DNA of 63,063 bases, counting the filler, from Octopus bimaculoides (Eukaryota): assembly GCF_001194135.2 (NCBI RefSeq). It is 4 parts of 4 records of this genome, joined end to end, with 100 filler letters (N's around TTAATTAATTAA, not from the genome) between each part and the next. Parts side by side here need not be neighbours in the genome. Positions count along the whole stretch, not along the records: positions 1 to 28,833 come from NC_068987.1; 3 more parts are not named here. One strand, written 5' to 3'. Below, one piece after another: positions 13,269 to 25,844 of this stretch. Each line of letters opens with the position of its first letter. The first letter of the stretch is position 1. A model generated the notes under the pieces. That model did not search any database, was not told where the DNA came from, and saw nothing but the letters and a program-made list of their open reading frames with translations. A program made the position numbers and the translations under genes.

Positions 13269-13749
13269 TATATATATCAGCAACCCAATGAAAATAATCA
13301 ATGAAAACAGGGCAATAAAGCTACTTCTGTTTAGTAACTCAATATTCTAGAAACAGTAGAAATAGAATCTTAAAAAGAGAAAATAAAACTTGTAGGTCAG
13401 AGGTAGACTATCCATGACAAGTTTGCTTCATTTAGCTAGATCTGAGGTTAAAGAATAATGACATCATGGAGAAAGATTAAATAAACTGAAGGATAAAATT
13501 AATCTTAATGATGACAACAGTGATTGTAGTAACAATGATGAAAATGGCAATTTTGGTGAAGTAATGACAGATGTAATATAAAAATGACAAACAGAGAGAG
13601 CTTTTTAAAAAATAATTAAAACTAATACTGTTTGTTATTGTTGATTTGACTTTATTTTTTCAAACATTAATATTGATATTAAATACATTAGCATTAAATA
13701 TATTCTTGTTTCAAAATAAATTGTCTTTTCACATTATATCTTTTACCAG

Positions 13750-13796
13750 AAGAATGCTATACTGTAGAGGAATTTGAGAGTTTTTGTCATTGACAG
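13750..13796 (+). CDS. Candidate small exon ((E)ECYTVEEFESFCH* in phase 1, followed by a donor)
   Basis: cattatatcttttaccag|aagaatgc...cattgacag|gtgagt has consensus acceptor and donor. Only the phase-1 frame gives a plausible peptide, and it ends in TGA just before the donor. Confidence 0.3.
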
Positions 13797-14867
13797 GTGA
13801 GTGGGGGTCCAAGAACATAAAAGAAAGTTGTCAACCAGATTAATAATCTTACTGCACCTCTCAAAGACAGTTTTCTAGAATGTTCTCATTTGCTTTCAGT
13901 AGCTCCTGTTTTTATTTTTAATTGTTTTCTCAGCCATTTTTACATTATTAATGCGAGGATTTTAAATGATGGCTTAAATCCTACCGAGAGTTTTCAGAAG
14001 CCTTAGAACACAATTGGACTAAGCAATCAACAATACTTCATTTCAACCTTCAATATAATTCAAATCCACCCAAGTTGACATTACATTTTATCTTTCAGAA
14101 ATTAATCAAACTAGTACCAGTAATATACTAGATGGAGCCAATCAATTTAATTAACTATATTACTCCCTCCACATCTCAACAAAACATTGATTTCTACTTA
14201 AGGCACAGAACAATTTTTAAAGAGAGGGAGTGAGCAAATTCCATTAGTTCAAGACTTGACTGGTTCTTTTTCTTGACCCCAGGAGAATGAAAGGTAAAGT
14301 TGACCTTGCTGGTATATGAACCCAGAACATAAAGAATCAAAAGAATATCCAGAAAATATTTTTTCCAAGACTTACAATTCTGCCAAATATGTTAAGGTTA
14401 GGAAGAGATCAATTCCATGGGTTATATACTAGTTTTATAGAACGTTGGCTTTACAAATTTCTCAAAAGAAATTACTGGTTTGGGGATAAAATCCAGGAGA
14501 AAATTACTTTCTGGTTTGCTGTCTGAACTGAAATACAGATATTGCTCTATAAAACTAGGATACAGGAAATAGGAACAACGGTTGAAATATAAGAATAAAC
14601 TCTTGATCAGGGGTATATATTCTGATTGTGTTAGGTTTCTGCTGCCAAAGATAGTAATCCTTCAGAAATATTAAGCTCACTGTATAATATAATCATGAAT
14701 CATAATGGGAAACTAATTTTTTGTCCCGTTATGAACTATTGTTGCAGTTATACTAAAATACCATTGTACAGTCCAGTTGACTGTACCACTGGCAGCTAAT
14801 AAAGGGAGATTGGCACTAAAGAGTGAGCAACAGTCCACTGTAACACATCATGTATTTGTTAAGCAGC

Positions 14868-14920
<53 letters not shown>

Positions 14921-16379
14921 TTAAAAATTCATTATCTGAAACTGATTTTTATTCATTTTTATATTCAAATTTCTATGCCAACATGGATTAAATTAATATA
15001 TTATTGAGGCATTGTTTTACAGCTTAATGCCCTTCATGTTACTATATTTTCTTTTAAACTATGTTGTTGCAATATCATAAAATAATGAGGTCATAATTTG
15101 TTTTCAAATCTGATAGTACACATTCAGAAACAACAATTACATCATGTTTATTTTTTAGTAGTATTTATACCAGAGCAGCAGGATTAGAAAGTTAACACAA
15201 TGGCGATAACTCAATGATAATAACCACATGTCACTGGAGGTGGTCAAATGATTTTCAAAGAGATCTCACTGATTTCTCTCTCTTACTAAAGAGTACAGAG
15301 TGGATGGAAAGGAACATAAACATTTTTTGTGATTTCAACAAAAAACAGGTAAAAAATGATTTTTGATATTTTAAAATTATTCGATTATTCTCTGAAGAAA
15401 ATATGAAACACAAAAATATATTGGTAAACCAAAGATTTCTAAACATTTTGAACATTAATTTTGTATCTAAAATATATTTGATTGTTAATTATGGAATTTT
15501 TAATTATCAAGTTTTTACACTGTAAATGTCATTGAAAATTTGTTATTCATTTTATATATATAAACATGTGTATTATATCTTACATTTTGGTGAAGAACAT
15601 TAGCAATGATTATAGGATTCCAGTGAACCAGTGATTGATCCATTTGAATCATTCCACTGGTTCACTGCATAAAATTGAGACTGGCAAGGAAGTGTGAGTG
15701 TCACTTATATGGTATAAAATATTGTAAAGTATTTTTATTTGAATGCTCTGGTTGAGTGATTTCCTCAATATGTTAACATTTTTCACCACATACATCAACA
15801 AAAAGATGATATATATATATTTATTGCAAAACCTGACTTCAGTGCCTCATAGTGGTGCGACAATGGTTGTTTGGTAGCTGTTGTAGCAAGGTATATGTAC
15901 TACAGATCCAACAATACTATAAAGGTACCAGAGTACTGACCGTATAGAAAGATCGTCTCATTGAAGTGGACTCATAGTCTGTTCACTAGAGGCTGAAAGC
16001 TAGCTAAAGTATGAAGGTAATCATTGTCTGCTTACCTAACCAGCGGGGTAGCATCACTTGAAAGCTAAATCAATGTGAACAAATGAGCCTCAGTATTCAG
16101 TGGGTCAATTGGAGTGGAATAGAAAGGTAGTAGAAAAACCTTGTCCTATGCTTCAATTGCTATCTGACAGTGGGTAAAATAAACCTGTTGTGGAAGGAGT
16201 TGAATATCATCATAAGAAGATCTAAGAAACTATCACTCCATATATCTGTTGTCTCCTCAATAAGCTGTTTACAGAGGCCATGGTCACCAGACTACTGAAA
16301 TATCTCTATGGCCAAGCTAAGGGAGCAAGTAGGTTTCCATAAGCACTACAGTATGATAGTCACATATCCCCAAGCATAA

Positions 16380-17400
16380 GAATACAAGCTGCCTCTGTGC
16401 ATCACTTTCATCAAATAAAAAAAGGCTTTTGACATGTTGAGATAAACAAAGTGCTGCTATCTCTGGATATTCAAGAAGTCAAGGTGTAATACACCAAACT
16501 ACTCAGGGATGCAAACACTGGGTGCACCATCAACATAGTTCTGCTATTGCCATGCCACCAGTAAGATTTCCAGTTGAGAAAGACATCAAACAAGGAGATA
16601 CCATCACTGCAAAGTTCTTTACATGTCTAGAAATGATCATCAAAGACATTGACAGGACAGGTAGTTTGAACATCAATGGCAAGCTACTAACACATCTCCA
16701 ATTCACAAATGACATCATATTCATCATCAAACCCACAGATCAGCTACAGAACATGTAGATAGAGCTGGACATCCACAGTAAGCCTTTGAATGAACCACAT
16801 GAAAACAATATATATGCAGTCCGAAAATATAGCACAAGGACAAATAGAGGTGGAGAGCAATCAAATCAAGAATGTTAAGAAGTACACCTACTTTGGGCAC
16901 ACAGTGAATATGCACCGAGACATGAATACTGAAATCTAGTGAAATTTTATCAAGAATGAGGGCAGGATAGAAGACATTTGCCTGGGAAGACCCTACATGC
17001 CAGGCTCTTCAACAACATTGTCCTACCTGCCATCTTATGCAAGTGACATATGGGCTACAATGAAGAGAGGAGAATATTGATTGACTATGACACAAAGGGC
17101 CATGGAAAGACTTATGCAAGGAATATTACTGCAAGAGCATATCTGAAATGACACAATTTATGAACAGAGCAACGTGATTGATTTGATGTAATCACAAAAT
17201 ACTGAAAACACAAGGGCTGCTGGGGCTAGGTATGTTGCAAGGTTCACAAACAACAAATAGACTTGAGTCATTGCCATGTAGTATCTAAGAGATCAGAAAA
17301 GGCCACTTCAAAGGCCTCCACAAGAAGATTATTTAGTTAAATGATTTGGGCCAAGGTGGAAAAGAAGGGTTCAATCGAGAAAGAATTGGAAATACATTGT
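16380..17400 (+). mobile_element. Decayed RTE-clade LINE reverse transcriptase
   Basis: KKAFD; IKQGDTITAKFFTCLE; LNINGKLLTHLQFTNDIIFI; KKYTYFGH. Many stops and frameshifts. Confidence 0.85.
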
Positions 17401-18837
17401 GACTAGTGGTGTTTCAGTGGTTTCCACACAGTATCTGTCAAACAGATTATGCTCACAAAATATTAGCCAGCTTAAGGCTACAGCAGAAGACAAATATAAT
17501 AAATAAATAGAATGCACCAAGGGAAGTAAGTTAAATGGGCTAAAAGCATCACTTTTGATAATTAAGTTAAAGGATGACAAACACAAAATTGAAATTTACC
17601 ACTTAGAACAAAAAGAAAAACTAGCAGCAATTGTTAATGCTTCCAAAGCATAAGTGTGCATAATTTCAAGAAATTATGATATAATTTCCCAAAGTTAATT
17701 TACATGCTAGATGGGTAGTGGTGTAGGGACTGATCTTTGTAGGTAAGGGCATGTTTAGTCTAATAGACATTGTGGTACAATCTACTCAAACTTGATTGAT
17801 TGATTGGTTGTCATAGAATTTTACATATAGAAAAAGCAGTCAGAATGAATTTTTAGCCAGTGTAATTTTCATAATTATAAAATAAGATTATCTAAGGACA
17901 TATAGTAGAAGATACTTGCCCAAGGTGCTACACAATAGAATTGAACTCTGACCATTTGACTGGGAAACAAACCTCTTAACTACCACAGCCATGTTTACAT
18001 ATTCAATCAACTATTATTTGTTTACTTTATTTTGTTTATTCCAGAGTGTTTTGTTTGTTAAAGTTTGTTTCTTTTACTTGTTTTTTTTATGTTTTCACAG
18101 TCATTAATCCTAGATTTTTGGTAAATCATGTATTCTTACATTCTAAACAAATCTTTGTACCTGGTTTTCAGATTGACTTTTGTCTCATAACTTACCATCG
18201 TCATTATCAAACAACAGTGAAATTATTTACTCAAGACCAGCGCCAGATTCTTCCAATGCTTAAACCTGGTAATATCGAGAGCATGTTGGCTTGCTTCAAT
18301 GGGTTCCACCGAACTTGTGGTGTGCAACCAATTGAAGTACTTGGTGTTGAATTTATGTTTTTTTTCTTTCTTCTTTTTCCTCTTCTTTTTTCTTTCTTTC
18401 TTCACTCATGTTTGTGTTTTCTTGGATTTGTATTTTAATGTGGTTTTGTATTATATTTGTAATGATTAAACTATCTAAATTTTCAATAAATAAAATATGT
18501 ATTGTTTACATCTTAAAAAGAAAAAATATAACCATTCATTAGTATAAACAAGATCATGAGTACAAATTAAAGTACAGGCGTTGCGTTTTGTTCTGTGTTC
18601 TCTAAAGGAGCCAGATAGTTCATCATTCTCAGTCTACCTGGCTGACACACATGGTTCACTATTTTTTCACAGCTTACTGGTTAGTAGAAGCAAAACAATG
18701 TAAAATTATAATTGCCCCAGCAGTAAATAAATGCCCAAAATTCTTACCAGAATTCTTACATGGAAATGTTAATATAATCTATAAAAAAATACAATATTCT
18801 AACAAATTCTCCCTCTTTCATTCAACTTCTCCCCACC

Positions 18838-18889
<52 letters not shown>

Positions 18890-18911
18890 AAATTTCCTTT
18901 GTCACTGTCTT

Positions 18912-19069
18912 TCATTCAATTTGATGTTTCTTCTTAAACTCACTAATCAGCCCCCTCCATTCACCATTTAACCAATTCTCAAGTTGTCTCTTGCTTTCAG
19001 GAAATGTCATCTTATTGTTGTGACAGGCACTAAACAGAATATGTTTCCATGATGGATGTTTCATTGCAC
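18912..19069 (-). CDS. NT5M: 5'(3')-deoxyribonucleotidase last coding exon: (G)AMKHPSWKHILFSACHNNKMTFPESKRQLENWLNGEWRGLISEFKKKHQIE*
   Basis: Acceptor ctctgtttcag|GT GCA, phase 1 matching the previous exon. PSWxHxLFxACHN motif as in human PSWEHVLFTACHN. TGA stop at 18912-18914. Confidence 0.96.
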
Positions 19070-19546
19070 CTGAAACAGAGAGGAGTAGTAGTAGTAGTAG
19101 TGTCATAATTATCAACATCATTACATATTACCATCATCAAATAGTCATGACCATTATCATCATCATCACCATACCAAACAGCTATTCCCCAATGTTATTA
19201 TCATCTTCATCATCAATAACATCACCATCATCACTGCCAACTCCTTCCACTTCACTGGGTCATGATCCATCTGCATTCAAGCAAGAGGAAGAATTGGAAA
19301 ATGAAGTAATAATGCTGATGATGACGATGATGACGACGATAACAATGATGATGAGGGGGAAGGAGTGTGGTTACGGTGTTAGTGGAATGACAGTAATGAC
19401 AATGACGTTGACAAGGACATCAGTAACTGTTGTTAGTCTTTTAGATGATCCGTCTTAGAGACACAAACAACATACTTTATCAACAAGCAGGTACTAACTA
19501 ATATTTCAGTGAGAAGGAAATAGGTAGGACTAATGACTAAACTCAC

Positions 19547-19661
19547 CTCTTATATGTGGTCTATCATCAATAAGAAGATGACCATTGATCACTGTTTTGT
19601 CTGTGGTCATTATTATTTTACTTGACCAGTCACTACCAAAGTGATTTTCAACCCATTCATA
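19547..19661 (-). CDS. NT5M: 5'(3')-deoxyribonucleotidase exon: YEWVENHFGSDWSSKIIMTTDKTVINGHLLIDDRPHIR(G)
   Basis: Acceptor tatttccag|TAT, donor AGA G|gtgagt. 115 bp, phase 0 to 1. Contains the family DKT...LLIDDRP motif (human YAWVEKYFG...RDKTVVSADLLIDDRPDITG). Confidence 0.96.
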
Positions 19662-19677
19662 CTGGAAATAAATATAG

Positions 19678-19711
<34 letters not shown>

Positions 19712-19725
19712 TAATAATAATAATT

Positions 19726-20062
19726 TTCAAAATACAAAGACCTGGAAATAGAGATAACTCGAATGTGGAATCTAAAAACAGAAACAATTCCTATCATAGT
19801 AGGTGCCTTAGGTATAATAAAAAAATATTCAGACAAATACATAACAAAAACACCAGGACTTACAAATATATATAACATACAGAAAATTGCACTACTGGGT
19901 ACTGCACACATTCTACGCAAAACACTTTCAATACAGTAAACATAAGAGCACCACAGCAAACCACAGCACATACCCAAGGCGCACAGAGCTGCGCTCGGTA
20001 GTGAAGTGAAAGTACGTTATAAAAATAAAACTACTGAATAATAATAATAATAATAATAATAA
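19726..20062 (+). mobile_element. 3' end of an RLE-type non-LTR retrotransposon (R4/Dong-like), bounded by (AAT)n
   Basis: KYKDLEIEITRMWNLKTETIPIIVGALGIIKKY...IQKIALLGTAHILRKTL*, then a 3' UTR and (AAT)n tail. The same 3' UTR occurs on the minus strand at about 45030-45150. Confidence 0.88.
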
Positions 20063-20345
20063 ATACAAAGGTTGTAGTCAATGAGGAGAGTAGACGTGAT
20101 AACAATAGTAATTGGTGCACTTGGAAGTATCAGCACTCAACTACCAACTTAGCTCAAAAAGGTTGGTACAAATGCAAAAGTAGAACACCTACAAAAACCA
20201 GTATTGCTTGGAACTACAAGAATTCTTCACAGGATTCTTGTGGCATGATCAGTAAACAAGTGTCACCTTAGTCTGCTGGCTGTGGACTGCTGACTCATTC
20301 CATCATACCCAGCAAAATAAGCTGAGAGTTTTCATCAAATAATAA
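20063..20345 (+). mobile_element. Second, divergent R4/Dong-like 3' end
   Basis: VIGALGSIS and HLQKPVLLGTTRILHRIL remnants, followed by an (AAT)-like tail. Confidence 0.7.
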
Positions 20346-20999
20346 TAAAAGTAATAATAGTTTCAAATTTTGGCACAAGTCCAGCAAGTTCAAGAGATGG
20401 GGGTAAGTTGATTACGTCAACTCCAGTACTCAACTGGTACTTATTTTATCAACCCTGAGAGGATGAAAGGCAAAGCTGTCCTTAATGGAATTTGAACTTA
20501 GAATGTAAGGCCACAAGAAATGCTGCTAAGCATTTTGTCCATCATGTTAATAATCCTGCCATCTTGCTGGCTTCATAATAATACTAATGATTTTGAATTT
20601 TGGTACAATTTTGAGGGAAAGAGTAAATCAATTGCATCAATTCTAGTACTCAAGGGGTATTAAATTTATCAATTCAAGAAGGATGAAAAGCAAAGTTGAC
20701 TTTAGTAGAATTTGAACCCAAAACATAAAGAGCTGGAAGAAATGCTGCAAAATATTTTTTCCAACTCATTAATGATCCTACCAGCTCACCACCTTAACAG
20801 CGACAACGGCAGTAGTGCGGTCCTAGGTATCATCTCGTTACTACTGTGTAAAAAAGTTGAGTGGAAAAAGGAAATCAACATGGTAGCAATCAAATGTTAT
20901 CCAAGAAATGAATCAAGTGAGAATTCCAGAAAAGAATGCTGGCCATCCAGAATGATATGAGAGTATTAAACTCAGTGAACAACAGCAATTCAGGTATTG

Positions 21000-22620
21000 T
21001 GAATCAGGAATGGAAAATATTTTTCTTAAAAATTCAAGGCATACAGAGAAACATCAATCTAAAATTGTAATACTCAGGATATTAAAACCAAGTAAACGGC
21101 AGTAACTCTTCTGAGAATCAGGAGAATGTGACCTTCATAAACAGCCAAGAAAATATATTTGCAGTTGAAACAAGGGCAAAATCCAAAATATACAAACAGA
21201 GGAAATTTTATGTTGAGGTAGAAACTGAAGGAAGTGAGGCCCTAGAATCAGTAAATTTGAGGTTAAGGAAAAAAAAAACAAAAACAGTATGGTTGGTAAG
21301 ATTACTAATAAAACACATTAAATATACAAAGACATTGATATTAGCAGGTACTAATATAGCTGCAAGATTGTTAGATGAAAGAAAGGACAAAAGAAGAACC
21401 AGCAAACACCTTGGTGGAAAAGGCAGTAGCCTGGGGAAAGATATAAGTATACCAGACCAGTGGAAGAAAGCAGATTAAAGAGAAGAGAGCAAAGGTAGAT
21501 TAGAGGAAATGTATCATGTAAGGAAAAATAATTGAGAGAAAGATGGAAAAACTAAAGCAGAAGGTAAAGCCAAATCAGAAAGAATAATGAAACAAACTGC
21601 CAATATAAGCAAAATCAACTATTTCAATCAAACCATACATACCTATTGGATCTTCTTGAAGTAAAAAAAGAAAAATTACAGTATAAGATCAGATGCCGCA
21701 GAAAGCAAGCTGTTTAGAGGAGAAATTTATTTTTAAAAATCTGCCAAACACAATGGACAAAACAAGTGGAAAATTACACTGAAAATGTTGAGAAGTAGAA
21801 AGATGTTACCCTCATAAAAGGAAATATTCAAAAGTAATTAGGAAAAGGAAGGAAAGTTGAAAGCAGCAGGACTAGAACTGGCCATGGTTACTGGCTGAAG
21901 GGATTTACAAACCACCATGAAACCATAGTAATACAACTAAATGAGACTGATATTGCCTAAGACTGACAGGCAAATTGAAAGGAATCTGACCAGTTATGTG
22001 GAAACTCAAAAAAAGAGTAATTGCAGAAGTGTACCGACACTTCTATGAGAAACACCTAACGTCTGATGAACAGAAAGTAAGAGAGTGAAGGACCAATTAA
22101 AGATGAAAATACAAAATTATTAAATACAGATTAAACATAAACATCGGGGAATATCAGGAGAATATAAAAAAATCAAAAGTATAGAAGGGAAGGAAACTCA
22201 TTTAAAAATGGAAAAGACTCTGAAATTCAAACTGAATTCAGAAAACATCATATAAACAATCAACCTGAAGGCAGCATACCTAATGAGGTATGGAGCAAGA
22301 ATTATTGAATGGAAACAGGAAGAACAGAAGGACATTGACAGAAACCTGAAGAAATAGTTCACAATGCACAGTGGCATGCATCTCCAATCTGATATGGGCC
22401 AATTACACTGGAAAAGAGCAGAAAAAGGAAGCAGGTTAACAAGTGTCAAAGAGAAGGGGAAGACAAATCTAGGCTCTCATCAAGAAGAAAATGAACACTC
22501 CTTGAGGAGGTAATAAATTAAGGAAGTAATAGATGCATATGGAATGTGCAAAACCCAAAAAGAGAACCCAGGATGAAAGAAAGAGTGAGAACAGATCAGA
22601 ATACTTGCCGTAGAGGAGAA
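21000..22620 (+). mobile_element. Heavily decayed R4/Dong-like LINE ORF (RT and post-RT region)
   Basis: LKFKLNSENI...YLMRYGARIIEWKQEEQKDIDR...TMHSGMHLQSD..LHWKRAEKGSRLTSVKE matches the L.SKLNG.N..KAINTWAV....YG.GII.W...EL..MDRKTRK..TMH..LHP.SD..RLY..RK.GGRGL pattern. Confidence 0.75.
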
Positions 22621-23699
22621 ACATGACAGCTTACATTATAGAAGAGTGGATGGCAGTGGAACTAGGACAGATAAAACAATGTTGAAGTATCAGGGTGGAC
22701 TCTGAAGGCACAAGAGGGTGAACAGAAGTGAGTGGTGACAATACAGAGTGGGGTGGGTAGAGACTGCAAGATCGTAGGAGGCAAATGAATGATGGTTAGA
22801 GATGGGGAATGGGTAAGAGGGTGAATGTAATGAAGGACATTACTTGGGGAGTGGTTGGTGATAAATATACAGATAGAAGGTAAAGAAGAATAAGTGATGT
22901 CTGTAGAAAATGGGCAGGGTTGAGGGAATAATCAATGATACATGAAATGGGAAGGCAGGGGATAATAGGTGATAACTGACAGCACAGAAGGAGGTGGGTA
23001 AGAGTAGCAGAATAGTAATAATACAGTACACAGGGGAAGAATGAGAGAATGGGAGATGATGTGTGTGCAGATACATTGCACATGGGTGAAGGAAAAGACT
23101 GATGAAGTGTGTGGGAAGAAAGTGATGTATGGTGGTTGAGAAGGAGAGATGATTGAGTAGTACAGAAGTGTGATCAGTGTAAAATGTGAGAGGAGAGGGA
23201 CGATATTAAGAATCAAGGTTGGATGACGAGTGAAGTGATTCCAGAAAGTGAGAAAGATAACTCATATCACAGAACAAGATGACAAAATATGCAGTTTTGC
23301 TCTCCTACAATTACAGAAGCAGAATACAGCAGTTATCAACATAATCTGGTAAGCTTCAAACCCAGGCAAAGTAACAATATTACTATACTGGTGGTAAGTT
23401 GGCAGAATCATAAGCTGGGCAAAATGCTTAGCAACACTTCATCCATCTTTACATTCTGAGTTCAAATTCTGCTGGGGGTCAACTTTTGCCTTTCATCCTT
23501 TCGAGGGTTGATAAAATAAGTACCAGTTAAACACTAGGGAAAGGTAGAGGGTGGGTGGGGTGATATAATCAACTTATCCATTCCCCTATAATTACTGGCC
23601 TAGTACCAAAATTTGAAACTAATATTACTATATTATATATATATATAAATAGGACAACAAAAGAAAGAAAGAGAGCTCGATATTATGCAAATAGAGGAA

Positions 23700-24563
23700 T
23701 TTATCTGTAAAAATATGTGACACTTATTCAGTAGCCATGATAAAACTCGGAGTTTTATCATGGCTACTGAATAAGTGTCACATATAAATATATATATATA
23801 AACAATATATGAGTATATGCATATATATGTACATGTATGTACATACCTTCATCTACATGTACATATAGATACATAACTGGGTACATGACGTGGCAAAAGA
23901 ACATGGACAAAATGATAAACAAGGTACAACAAACAAACAAGCCACATAGAAACATCTCCTTCATCAGCTGCCACCATTAAAACACCGGCGTTTCGAAGAA
24001 TTAAGGCAGTANNNNNNNNNNNNNNNNNNNNNNNNNNNNNNNNNNNNNNNNNNNNNNNNNNNNNNNNNNNNNNNNNNNNNNNNNNNNNNNNNNNNNNNNN
24101 NNNNNNNNNNNNNNNNNNNNNNNNNNNNNNNNNNNNNNNNNNNNNNNNNNNNNNNNNNNACGAAAAGAAATAGCAGCCGGAGACACGTGACCAAGGCTGT
24201 GTAAAGAGAGAGAGTAAGAGTAGCAGAGGGAAAAGAAGGGGAGGAAGTAGAATAAATGTGAGCAACGAGAGGTAGAGAGAGAGAGAGAGATAGTAGTAGT
24301 AACAGTGAGAGGCAAAGGACGAGTAACAAGAGAGAGAGAGAGAGATAGTAGTGACAGGTAGAGGCAAAGAACAGTAGAGGGAAGAATGAGAGGGGGAGAT
24401 AGATATAGAGATAGAGAGAGTCGCGTTAGAAAAATAGTTAAAACTTACTGCATAAAGGTTAACGCGTGCGTTCTGTTGTGATACAAACAATATATGAGTA
24501 TATGCATATATATGTACATGTATGTACATACTTTCATCTACATGTACATATAGATACATAACT
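23700..24563 (-). mobile_element. Penelope-like terminal-repeat region with about 85-bp direct repeats (about 23797-23879 / 24482-24563)
   Basis: Direct repeat aaacaatatatgagtatatgcatatatatgtacatg...gatacataact, plus a CUGAUGA motif. A related copy lies at about 55330-55990. The PLE assignment is inferred. Confidence 0.5.
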
Positions 24564-25678
24564 TGTTTATATGCCAACAGAATGTGGTAGTCCTCTAAAG
24601 GACAATGTTACTGTTGTTTTAGCCCCATGCAAAAATCTCTTCCAGTTGGCTATTGACACACAGTTTGTGTCTGTATATAGTATTTGTAAGGGAGGTCATC
24701 ACTCCCATTTCTAGCCTTACGTGATACTCACAGACCTAAATTTCTGGAAGTTATCCATCCTCAGTGTGAGACAATCATAAGCTAGTGACAAAAGTTCTCT
24801 CCACTTGCAAATACTATATATTCTTTAAGCAACACACAGTCGCTGATCTCGAATAGAGAAAAACAACTTGTTTTAAATCTGAGCGAGAGATATACAGTAA
24901 CAGTACCAAATTGTAATGTTTATATGCCAACAGAATGTGGCAGTCTTCTAAAGGACAATGTTATTGTTGTTATAGCCCCAGGGAAAATCAGGAAAAACAT
25001 GTTACTGCTGTTTTAGCTCCAGGAGAAACATCCAGAAACCTGGATCTGTGAGTATCATGTAAGGCTAGAGATGGGAGCGATGACCTCCCTTGCAAATACT
25101 ATATACGAACACAAACTGTGTGTTGATAGCTAGCTGGAAGAGATTTTTCCTAGGGCTAAAACAACAGTAATATCATCTGTTGAAGTGATTGCAGTACAAT
25201 GTGAGATGAAGTGCTTTGCTCAAGAATACAATGTACCACGTAATCTAAGAATTAAAACCACAATTTCACAATCATGAGTACAACACCCTAACCACTAGGT
25301 CACATTCTGTTGGCATATAAACATTATGATTCAGTACTGTTACTGTGTATCTCTCATTCAGTGATTTAAAACAAGTTGTTTTTATCTATATGAGATCAAC
25401 AACTGTGTGTCACTTAAAGAATATATAGTATTTGCAAGTGGAGAGACCTTTCATCACTAGCTTGTGATTGTCTCACACTGAGGACAGATGACATCCAGAA
25501 ACCTAGGTCTGTGAGTATTACGTAAGGCTAGAGATGGAAGCAATGACCTCCCTTGCAAATACAATATACAGACACAAACTGTGTGTTGATAGCCAGCAGG
25601 AAGAGATATTTTTCTGGGGTTAAAACAACAGTAACATTGTCCTTTAGAGGACGGCCACATTCTGTTGGCATATAAACA
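24564..25678. repeat. Large nested foldback: about 380-bp inverted arms (24564-24942 / 25301-25678) with partial internal copies
   Basis: tgtttatatgccaacagaatgtgg... recurs at about 24917 and inverted at about 25301 and 25655. The internal block ccagaaacct..tctgtgagtat...gctagagatgg is present three times. Confidence 0.9.
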
Positions 25679-25683
25679 TTATG

Positions 25684-25719
<36 letters not shown>

Positions 25720-25780
25720 GCACACATATTCACACACATCTATATACACATATGCATATGTATTTAAATTTATACATTAC

Positions 25781-25844
25781 TTTCTCTCTGACACAGTATC
25801 TGTAATTTCCAATAAGTGGGCTGGTACAAATAAATACTTCAACA
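25781..25844 (-). CDS. NT5M: 5'(3')-deoxyribonucleotidase, internal exon (equivalent to human NT5M exon 3): VEVFICTSPLIGNYRYCVREK
   Basis: Minus strand reads ttcttttcttctttag|t gtt gaa gta ttt att tgt acc agc cca ... gag aaa|gtaatg. 64 bp, phase 2 to phase 0. Matches the recalled NT5M/NT5C motif TDVFICTSPIKMFKYCPYEK. Too short to appear in the ORF track. NT5M versus NT5C cannot be distinguished. Confidence 0.93.

Noticed and set aside
18046-18438. 130-aa plus-strand ORF next to the NT5M 3' end
   Set aside because: Both ends are T-rich low-complexity sequence and no recognisable domain is present. It is more likely UTR or intergenic.
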